The notes under the pieces are model-generated. The model worked only from the letters and a program-made list of their open reading frames with translations, was not told where the DNA came from and did no database searches. 51,699 nucleotides of DNA, from contig JACPIJ010000060.1 of NCBI GenBank assembly GCA_016188145.1, positions 1 to 51,699 on the forward strand. Direction: 5' to 3'. The position numbers and the translations under genes are program-made. Source of the DNA: Candidatus Woesearchaeota archaeon. GTDB taxonomy: Archaea > Nanobdellota > Nanobdellia > Woesearchaeales > UBA10216. Shown here piece after piece: positions 34,838 through 41,844 of this stretch. Each line of letters opens with the position of its first letter. Within the stretch, counting starts at the first letter, position 1.

Positions 34838-35263
34838 TTAAGCCACTTCTACAAGATACCTGTCAGGCGATAGCATCGTAAGGCGTGCCTTTTCCTTTTT
34901 TTGCTTTGCCCAGTTTGCCGTCAGGTCCTTCGGAAATCTCACAAAGTAAGTCTTGCCGTCGTAATTCAGGCTTCTTTCCATTTTCGGGGCCTTTCCTTCA
35001 AAAAACATTTGCATCTGCCAGAACCTTTCAAGGTGTTTTGCCTGGTTCGTATCAAGGTAGTCCTTATGGCATCGTTCGCATTGCCAGACGTCATATGAGA
35101 ATTCTATGCCCCTGTAACTTGTTTTTTTCCAAGTCCTTTCAGTTAATTTGCCACAGCATTTGATAGGCTTTTTGAAAGCATCCTTGTCTATAGTAACATT
35201 TACCTCACCGATGATGTCTTCTTCCCTTATCTCCTCATCTTCCTTACTTATGCTTCTTTTCAT
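34838..35263 (-). CDS. putative antitoxin: YgiT/MqsA-type zinc ribbon plus AbrB/SpoVT-like C-terminus
   Basis: CCGK...x24...CERCHKDYLD gives four Cys ligands. The C-terminus is YFVRFPKDLTANW...LSPDRYLVEV. Its start overlaps the stop of the upstream toxin-like gene (ATGA, 4 nt). Confidence 0.5.
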   Translation of the reverse strand: MKRSISKEDEEIREEDIIGEVNVTIDKDAFKKPIKCCGKLTERTWKKTSYRGIEFSYDVWQCERCHKDYLDTNQAKHLERFWQMQMFFEGKAPKMERSLNYDGKTYFVRFPKDLTANWAKQKKEKARLTMLSPDRYLVEVA

Positions 35264-35520
35264 TTTCTCTTGTAAAGGCTGATTTGCCAGTTTGATGACG
35301 GATAGGCTGTTATAATCATTGCGATTCCACTTCTATTTTCATATACTACGCTGATGAACCTTTTCAGGAAGCCAATTGCAAGGTATCTGCCTCTTCTGGC
35401 TTTGAGGTGTTTCGGCTCGTCTGCAAGCAAGGTTTCCTCTATTTCTTCCCTCAGCACGCTGTGCTTTGTCAATATCTTTTCTTCTATCTCTTGCCCTAAG
35501 TACACGTCCACGATACGCAT
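35260..35520 (-). CDS. BrnT/DUF497-like toxin
   Basis: From the internal ATG at 35520: MRIVDVYLGQEIEEKILTKHSVLREEIEETLLADEPKHLKARRGRYLAIGFLKRFISVVYENRSGIAMIITAYPSSNWQISLYKRK. The KH-x-V..EE.EE ... R-Y-x-x-G ... VVY ... IITA pattern resembles BrnT. An ACTTTAAAGAG box lies about 27 nt upstream. The ORF track's longer version (to 35664) has an implausible N-terminus. Confidence 0.5.
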   Translation of the reverse strand: MRIVDVYLGQEIEEKILTKHSVLREEIEETLLADEPKHLKARRGRYLAIGFLKRFISVVYENRSGIAMIITAYPSSNWQISLYKRK

Positions 35521-35901
35521 TGTAGTACTCCATAGCGTACTCTTTAAAGTACGCCACCTTTTTAATGTTTTCGCTTTTGCACTCCACAGTTGCAGAACCA
35601 GCTTATAAGCCCTAGCCGCACCTGTCCAGTGTCCAGTGAACATCATATTTCGGAAATCTTTCATTACTGCCGAAAATCTTCCACCATTTTACTCATGGAG
35701 GAGGTCAAAAAAGCCGAAGAAGTCACTGGACACAATTCCGCCATGCGGAACATAGGCAGTTACGCTGCCTATGCGCATCGGCTTTGCCGATGCTGTGTGC
35801 AATCAGCGTAAACGATTTGCACCTTCGCCAGCGACCCAGAAGCTAATCCCATAACTCCCCCTGTCAAGCCCGGATTCCAGAAGCTTTTGCCTGCCTAAAT
35901 C

Positions 35902-35953
35902 TGTATGTGCACAAATAACCGAAATATTTATATATTGTGTGCACATACAATAT
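35902..35953. promoter_or_regulatory. fic promoter: TATA (TTTATATA, 35927-35934) bracketed by an inverted repeat of TGTGCACATACA
   Basis: TGTATGTGCACAAAT (35902-35915) is the reverse complement of TGTGCACATACAATAT (35938-35953) apart from small differences. A third, direct copy lies at 36905-36920. Confidence 0.6.
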
Positions 35954-36895
35954 GGTGTGGTCTACATAGAAACAATAAAGCGGAATAATAAGGAATATTA
36001 TTACTTTACCAAAAATGTAAGGCTCAACTTAAACAAATGGAAAAAAATCAGGATTTTTTTGGGAGATAAAAAACCTTTAAAGGAAGAACTAAAAAAACAT
36101 GCTAAAGAAATAGAAGATAAAGCAAAGCCATTCTTGAAATTATCAAACCGCGCTTACCTGTCAGAGCATGACGCAGAAACTTTGCAGGATTTAAAAGAAA
36201 GTTACAGCACATGGCTTAAGCAGATTCCCAAAAGTGTTAAAGAAAAGCTGAATGAAGATTTTGTAATTAGGTTTACCTATCATTCCAATGCAATTGAAGG
36301 CAATCGGCTGACATTAAGGCAAACTGCCCTTATCCTAAAAGATAAAGTCATCCCTTCTGGAGTGCGGGCAGAGGATTATAATGAAGCAATAAACGGGAAA
36401 GAGTGTTTGGATTATATAAAATCATATAAAGGCGAATTAAACGCTAAATTGCTTGAAAAAGTAAACGGAATTCTTACTAAAAATACCGGCGTGGTTTACG
36501 GTGGAAGAATGCGATTCTTTGATGTGCGGATAGAGGGCTCAGCACATGTTCCTCCTCCTCACAACGAAGTCAAGAAACACATGCTTAATTTCTTTAAGTG
36601 GTATAGTGCAAATAAAAATAAGCTGCGCCCCTTTGAATTAGCTGCTTTGGCTCATGCAAAATTAACATGGATACACCCTTTTGAAGATGGGAATGGCAGA
36701 ACTGCGAGAACACTTATGAATTTTATTCTGATGAGAAAAGGATTCCCTATGTTCTTTATCCCTTTTGAGAAGAGAGAAGAATATTATCAATCATTGGATC
36801 TTGCTGATAAGGGCAATTATAAGGAATACGTCTCCAGGATGCTGCGGTTGATTATAGATCAAATAAGAAGTTACGGGCACAGCAAAAAACAATAA
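35939..36895 (+). CDS. Fic-domain protein (AMPylase/phosphocholine-transferase family)
   Basis: Canonical Fic motif HPFEDGNGRTARTLMN. The gene is AT-rich (a 60-nt sample I counted was about 35% GC). The start is uncertain: GTG at 35939 or at 35957, and the latter fits a leaderless start about 25 nt after the TATA. Confidence 0.85.
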   Translation: MHIQYGVVYIETIKRNNKEYYYFTKNVRLNLNKWKKIRIFLGDKKPLKEELKKHAKEIEDKAKPFLKLSNRAYLSEHDAETLQDLKESYSTWLKQIPKSVKEKLNEDFVIRFTYHSNAIEGNRLTLRQTALILKDKVIPSGVRAEDYNEAINGKECLDYIKSYKGELNAKLLEKVNGILTKNTGVVYGGRMRFFDVRIEGSAHVPPPHNEVKKHMLNFFKWYSANKNKLRPFELAALAHAKLTWIHPFEDGNGRTARTLMNFILMRKGFPMFFIPFEKREEYYQSLDLADKGNYKEYVSRMLRLIIDQIRSYGHSKKQ

Positions 36896-36904
36896 TCCTT
36901 AAAT

Positions 36905-36920
36905 TGTGCACATACAATAT
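36905..36920 (+). repeat. direct repeat TGTGCACATACAATAT (second copy, downstream of fic)
   Basis: Exact 16-nt match to 35938-35953. Confidence 0.9.
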
Positions 36921-37089
36921 TTTTTCTGCCATAACCTGAAGAATTTCAACGTTTTACTCACGGCAGCCGCAAAAAACGCCTGAAGAAGCCACTGGACATC
37001 CTACCACAAGCCATAAGCCTATGCTACATAATTATGGTTAAATGCAATCGTCGGGAGAATTTATTATTGAAAAGTCGCAGGGTATAAAA

Positions 37090-37210
37090 CCCCGACCTGT
37101 CAGAAGCGAAGCTTCTGAGCACTCAGAAACGCTTAAGCGTTTCTGTTGTTTAGGTCGGGGATACACAGAAATGCTTGCGCATTTCTGGTACACAAAACCA
37201 AGGGTTTTGT
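37090..37210. repeat. cluster of four hairpins, three sharing CAGAA...TTCTG bases, two of them enclosed by a 9-bp outer stem
   Basis: The outer stem CCCCGACCT (37090-98) / AGGTCGGGG (37152-60) encloses CAGAAGC-GAA-GCTTCTG (37101-17) and CAGAAACGC-TTAA-GCGTTTCTG (37124-45). Next come CAGAAATGC-TTGC-GCATTTCTG (37166-87) and ACAAAACC-AAG-GGTTTTGT (37192-210). Confidence 0.8.
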
Positions 37211-37336
37211 TGTAGCTCCGAGCAGGCGAGTTTTGTTATTTGGGGTTGGCTCGAGTATTAATGGTTAGGATTACTTTCTTAAGTTCTAATACTTTTAGTG
37301 ACTTCAAAGTCTTCTAAAGAATCGGTAATGAAAATA

Positions 37337-37957
37337 TCAATCCAAATTTTTAAAATTATTTTTTACCAAATAATCTTTAACTACAACCTCTTCAACGATG
37401 TCTTGTTCTATACTATAAAATTTAATAGTACATTTTTCAAACTCAAAATACTCGGAATCAGAAGCGTCGATTGTAGATTCTTCCTTGAAGTATTTCACCA
37501 GAGGATAAGTTCTAATTTGAAACCAAAATTCAACTATCCCTCCCTTTTCCAAAAACTCTATCCCATCTTTATTTGTAACAACTCTTGTTTTTCTATCTAA
37601 TGTATAATCACTAAATCTAGTATCTTCACATGCATTCTGTTTACTGCACGTAGAATATCTTTGATTTCCATATTTTTCAGATTCAACTAAAAAATCGCAA
37701 TCATATTGTGTCTTAAGATTTTTTATATTATCTCCCTTGGCCATTAGTGTGACTGTTATAGTGGGGATATCATTATCATTCAAAACATAATTATTTCCTG
37801 AGATATACTTAACAACTTCATCTCCTGAAAGCACTCTTACTTCTATGTTAGTTATGACTATTTCAGGCTTGCTAAATATCAAAAAGGCTGTAGCAATAAG
37901 CCCCACACTTAACAGCACTGATATTACAATCAATGACCCAATCAAAAATTTTCTCAT
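37337..37957 (-). CDS. hypothetical N-terminally anchored protein, low-GC
   Basis: 206 aa. The N-terminal TM/signal anchor is MRKFLIGSLIVISVLLSVGLIATAFLIF. It has strongly AT-rich codons like the fic gene and no recognisable domain. Confidence 0.5.
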   Translation of the reverse strand: MRKFLIGSLIVISVLLSVGLIATAFLIFSKPEIVITNIEVRVLSGDEVVKYISGNNYVLNDNDIPTITVTLMAKGDNIKNLKTQYDCDFLVESEKYGNQRYSTCSKQNACEDTRFSDYTLDRKTRVVTNKDGIEFLEKGGIVEFWFQIRTYPLVKYFKEESTIDASDSEYFEFEKCTIKFYSIEQDIVEEVVVKDYLVKNNFKNLD

Positions 37958-38154
37958 CTTAATAAATATAAAAACTCCCTATTTAAACATTTCTATATGT
38001 ACAATCTATTCCCCTTGTTTTCTGTACAATTCAATTTTTTAAGTGAACACTAGAGCCTCAGTATACAAGTTCGCATTCCTCGCCGATCTTATTTTTACTC
38101 TAGTGCCGATAACTCTTCGTCAATTTTTGCTTCACTCCTCACTCAGGCTTCGCC

Positions 38155-38796
38155 TCAAACCTCCACAACCTCTCCTTTCGGCCCCGGATTAATAACCAGC
38201 GTCTTTCCAATCCTGTCCTTCTTGCCCTGCGTTTCGTGCAAATGGCCGCATACGTGCAGCAACGGCTGGAATTTTTTGACAAACCTTGTGTAACTCTTAT
38301 TGCCGTGGTGTGCCCAGATGTAGTCAAGCTTTGTGCCGTGAGGGGGTTGGTGAGTGATGAATATGATTTTTTTGCCCTTTTTTCGCAGCTGCTGCAGCCG
38401 GAACGAAATTCCTCTTGCAAACCTCTCAAAGTCCTCGCTTACACTGTCAAACCCTTCCCCGCCGTGCCCTACAAAGACGTAATCCGGAAATTCGTTGCTG
38501 CCATAAACTTTCCTGTGAATCTGCTTAACATTTTTGAGCGTCCTGCATATCTCGTAAACAAGGCCTTCATCCTCGTGGTTGCCGTTGACCAGCATTACGG
38601 GCTTTCCGATTGTGTCAAGCTTCCTCATTATGCGCAGTATGTTGTGTTCAAAGACGGTAAAGTCCCCTGCGCATACAACAACATCTGCTTTTTTTGCCCT
38701 TTTTGCAACTATTCCCAGCGCCTTTTCATTGCCGTGCAGGTCGCTGAACGCAAGAAGCTTCAGTTTTCTTTTCTTCTTTGTTATTTTGGCTTTCAT
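38155..38796 (-). CDS. calcineurin-like metallophosphoesterase
   Basis: Motifs in order: SDLHG, GDFT, GNHED, GHGG, THQPP, GHLHE. Confidence 0.8.
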   Translation of the reverse strand: MKAKITKKKRKLKLLAFSDLHGNEKALGIVAKRAKKADVVVCAGDFTVFEHNILRIMRKLDTIGKPVMLVNGNHEDEGLVYEICRTLKNVKQIHRKVYGSNEFPDYVFVGHGGEGFDSVSEDFERFARGISFRLQQLRKKGKKIIFITHQPPHGTKLDYIWAHHGNKSYTRFVKKFQPLLHVCGHLHETQGKKDRIGKTLVINPGPKGEVVEV

Positions 38797-38801
38797 AATC
38801 G

Positions 38802-38833
38802 TTTTTTGATAAACCTTTTTTCTAAAAAGGTTT
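38802..38833 (-). repeat. hairpin + ATCAAAAAC element, short copy B
   Basis: Minus-strand reading: AAACCTTTTT-AGA-AAAAAGGTTT-ATCAAAAAA-CGATT-ATG. It lies between a TTTAAATA box and the metallophosphoesterase start. Confidence 0.8.
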
Positions 38834-38855
38834 TGTTGAGGCGCTATTTAAAACT

Positions 38856-40043
38856 TTACGCTACTGTAGCATAATAATCCTCTAGCACCAGCACGTCGAC
38901 GTCTTCAATGCTTTTAGCCACCAGGAACCTTCCTTTTCCTATCTCGACAATTTTCTCCGCCAGTTTTCTGCCCTCCTCGTCAGGGCTTATGCCTATGACG
39001 GACACTGTTATGCCTTTTGATGCTATCTGCGATACGGCTTCGAGCGTTTCCTTTTCCGGCTCCTGCCCTGCTGTTGGCATTATGTCAGTTATCAGGATCA
39101 GGTGTTTTTTCGACTCTGCTTTCTCCCTTTCCAGCATTTCCGCAGCTTTCCGGATTGTTGCCGCTATGTCTGTCTGCTCAAGGGCTTTTATTCTGGCTAT
39201 CTCGTGCAGCAGGTGGCTGAAGTCCTTTGTCGGATTTACCTCTGCCCTTACCTGTCTCCCGAAAACGACCATTCCCACAAGGTCATTGCCTTCAATTGCC
39301 TTGTATGCCAGTGCGACTCCAGCTTTTTTGCACTGCTCGAGCTTTTTTCCTTTCATGCTTCCTGATGCGTCAAGGGCGTAGATTACCGTGTTCCTGCCTT
39401 TTGACTCGCGCTCAAGGCTTTCGAGGTCTTCCATCTGCACGGCCGTGTGGCCTCTTTTTGCGGCTTTTTTTATCGTTTTCCTTATTGCTATGTCCCTATA
39501 CCTCTCGCTGGTGTACGGCTTTGTCTCTTCGGTTTCTCCTGTTCTCGTGATTCTTCTCCTGTGCTTCTCGCCATAGCCCTTTGCTGCCAGGCTGTCTATT
39601 TCTTCTGTGAAGATTATGAGGGCTGCCAGCTTTATTGCTTTGTCTGTCAGCTGGTATTCTGCGTCTATAAGCTTGTGCTTTTGCAGCTGACCCAGCTTTT
39701 GCCTTATTCTTTCCCTGAGCTCCTTCCTGAACTCCGGAATGTTAAGGTTTCTCTCAACCTGTTCAGGCTCATACCCTGTCAGTGCCCTTATCATGGCCTC
39801 TCCGGTGAGCTGTTTTGCGAGCTTGTAGTTTTTTACTATCTGCTCAAGCATAAGCTCCGGTGTCAGTGCCCCTATTCCCTGGTTTATGGCGTCGAGTATG
39901 AGGTGGGCGTTGTCTGTTGCTTCCTTGTCGTCTTCAAGGATTGTTTTCATCAGCCTTTTTTCTTCAGGGTCTGATTTCAGCTTTCCGGACAGTTCTTCTA
40001 TCAGTGAGAATTCTTTTGGCTTTTGCTCTGAGCTACCGGCCAT
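38856..40043 (-). CDS. von Willebrand factor A (vWA) domain protein, ChlD-like partner of the AAA+ ATPase
   Basis: MIDAS motif VIYALDASGSMKG. The ATG at 40043 overlaps the AAA+ stop by 11 nt. The ORF-track start at 40082 is a TTG. Confidence 0.8.
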   Translation of the reverse strand: MAGSSEQKPKEFSLIEELSGKLKSDPEEKRLMKTILEDDKEATDNAHLILDAINQGIGALTPELMLEQIVKNYKLAKQLTGEAMIRALTGYEPEQVERNLNIPEFRKELRERIRQKLGQLQKHKLIDAEYQLTDKAIKLAALIIFTEEIDSLAAKGYGEKHRRRITRTGETEETKPYTSERYRDIAIRKTIKKAAKRGHTAVQMEDLESLERESKGRNTVIYALDASGSMKGKKLEQCKKAGVALAYKAIEGNDLVGMVVFGRQVRAEVNPTKDFSHLLHEIARIKALEQTDIAATIRKAAEMLEREKAESKKHLILITDIMPTAGQEPEKETLEAVSQIASKGITVSVIGISPDEEGRKLAEKIVEIGKGRFLVAKSIEDVDVLVLEDYYATVA

Positions 40044-41052
40044 CACCCTGTAGCACTTGGTGGTCTTGTGAGAAGTCTTCAAGCTCTTCCTTTATGAACT
40101 CTTCCGGGCTCATCGCATATCTGGCAGAGGGCTTGAGCCCTATTCTGTGTGCAAGGACCGACATTATGGCGTCTTTCACATCCTCCTGCTGCACTTGTTT
40201 GTGTTTCCTTAGCAGGGCGTTTGCCTGTGCCCTTTCGTAAAGGCCAATGCTGGCCCGTACGCTTGGCAGCTTCTCCAGCTTTTTGCTTTCCCTGAGCTGC
40301 CGCACAAAGCTTATTGTGAAGTCAATGAGCTGCTGCTGGAATTCAACTGGCTCAATCCTTTTGCCTTTCTCAATGACTATCCTTTTTTCTGTTTCGTGAT
40401 TCTCAGGGTAAGTCATGTAGATGAGGTCAAACCTGTCCAGGAAAACGTCAGAAAGCTTTTCTGTGCTGGAATCATACGGATTCAATGTACCTATAAATAT
40501 GAAATCCGCATCAAGGTCAACCTTGTAGCTGCCTAGGGTCGCCTTTTTTTCTTCCAGGACCTGCAGCAGCGCATTCTGCAGCCTCTGGGGGCACCTGTTC
40601 AGCTCGTCGAAGAACAGCACTCCGTTGTTTGCCCTGAATATTTTTCCTGGCGAGAATGCTTCCAATGACGTTGGGCCGAACTTCAGCGCCTTTATCGGGT
40701 CTATATCACCAAGCAAATCCTCTGCTGCTAAATCAGGAGAGCCTTGCACCCTTATGAACCGCTCCGAGCCTTTGCTTTTCTTCTTTGCTGTTTTAGCTCC
40801 GGATTTGCACTGTTGGCATACCGGCTTTTCAGGGAGGCAGTTGAACCCGCAGCCGTTTACTGTTATTTCTGGAAGCAGCTTTGCAACGTTTTTGGCCAGT
40901 GTTGTTTTTCCAACTCCAGGCGGCCCTATGATTATGACGTTCCTCTCGGCAAGGAGCGCTGACTTGAGCTGTTCTTTCGTTGTGTCCTGCCCTATTATGT
41001 CAGTGAAGCAGTCATTTGCCAGCAGCGCTTTTTTCAGCTCGTCATTTATCAT
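40033..41052 (-). CDS. ChlI/BchI-like (COG1239) AAA+ ATPase
   Basis: Walker A IIIGPPGVGKTT and Walker B VLFFDELNRCP. The ChlI-typical Cys cluster LLPEITVNGCGFNCLPEKPVCQQC follows Walker A. Confidence 0.85.
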   Translation of the reverse strand: MINDELKKALLANDCFTDIIGQDTTKEQLKSALLAERNVIIIGPPGVGKTTLAKNVAKLLPEITVNGCGFNCLPEKPVCQQCKSGAKTAKKKSKGSERFIRVQGSPDLAAEDLLGDIDPIKALKFGPTSLEAFSPGKIFRANNGVLFFDELNRCPQRLQNALLQVLEEKKATLGSYKVDLDADFIFIGTLNPYDSSTEKLSDVFLDRFDLIYMTYPENHETEKRIVIEKGKRIEPVEFQQQLIDFTISFVRQLRESKKLEKLPSVRASIGLYERAQANALLRKHKQVQQEDVKDAIMSVLAHRIGLKPSARYAMSPEEFIKEELEDFSQDHQVLQGDGR

Positions 41053-41078
41053 TGCAGCTCAACCCGTCTCAGCCTAGT

Positions 41079-41585
41079 TCAGCCTTGTTCAGCCTTTTGC
41101 AGGGCTGCTTTTATGTTTATGCCTTCCGTAACAACTATTTCCGCAACCTTGCCGAACATGTGCTCTTTCCTATCATCTTCCAGCACCTTTCTTATCCTTT
41201 GCAGGAGCGGCTCAAGCTCCTTGTAAGCGTAGATTGCTGCTGCCAGGGCATCTTTCTCGTGCTCATTGCCCGCCCTGCTGGCTTTGCCTGCTTTGCCGGC
41301 TATGTAATCCCTCGTCAGCGTCTCCTTTTCAGCCACGAACAGGTCCTCTTTTGGCGCTATTATCCTTGCCCCGGTTTTCGCTGCAGCTTTCTCAATCAGG
41401 CCAGGGCATTTCTTCTTGTCAGTGCCTATCGCCAGGACAGTTCCAAAGCCAACAACCTCTTCAACCATGCTGTTCAGCTCAAGCTGCTTTGACGACCTTG
41501 TTATAAGAACATTGCCTCTCGTGTCCAGCACAGCATACCCCACAGTCGTGCCGGGGTCCACCCCAACTATCAAGAGCTCCCTCAT
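41079..41585 (-). CDS. RNase-H-fold (RuvC/YqgF-like) putative nuclease, COG2433/DUF460 N-terminal-domain-like
   Basis: LIVGVDPGTTVGYAVLDTRGNVL...VLAIGTDKKK...ARIIAPKEDL resembles the DUF460 N-terminal nuclease domain. At 168 aa it lacks the long coiled-coil of full-length DUF460 proteins. Confidence 0.5.
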   Translation of the reverse strand: MRELLIVGVDPGTTVGYAVLDTRGNVLITRSSKQLELNSMVEEVVGFGTVLAIGTDKKKCPGLIEKAAAKTGARIIAPKEDLFVAEKETLTRDYIAGKAGKASRAGNEHEKDALAAAIYAYKELEPLLQRIRKVLEDDRKEHMFGKVAEIVVTEGINIKAALQKAEQG

Positions 41586-41634
41586 CCAGCCAACAAGAAT
41601 AACTTCGGCATTTAAATAGGTATTCCCTTATTCG

Positions 41635-41665
41635 TTTTTGATTGACCTTTTTTCTAAAAAGGTCA
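41635..41665 (-). repeat. hairpin + ATCAAAAAC element, short copy C
   Basis: Minus-strand reading: TGACCTTTTT-AGA-AAAAAGGTCA-ATCAAAAAC-GAATAAGG. It lies 21 nt upstream of the TTTAAAT box of the nuclease gene, at the left edge of the lower-GC BNR gene. Confidence 0.8.
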
Positions 41666-41844
41666 TGCGCTTTCGCTCCTTTGCACGCCTTTTACTTTGT
41701 CAAATGCGGCGTCATGTTTCACATCATAGTGTCTATTTCATTCAGGAAGTTTTTGCCAAAGTCAACCTTTGGACGGTTAAGAAACTTCTTGAATGGAGGT
41801 GAAGGTCTCAGAAACATTATTAAATATCGTGAAAATAGTAGCTT

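Noticed and set aside
35521-35664. The N-terminal 48 codons of the ORF-track version of the BrnT-like gene (start at 35664).
   Set aside because: That extension (MKDFRNMMFTGHWTGAARAYKLVLQLWSAKAKTLKRW...) has no family resemblance. The internal ATG at 35520 has a well-placed TATA box and yields a family-typical 86-aa protein.
37101-37187. I considered whether the three similar hairpins could be a miniature CRISPR array.
   Set aside because: The units are only 17-22 nt long, are each perfect palindromes, are separated by 6-20 nt rather than spacer-length unique sequence, and no cas genes are present.
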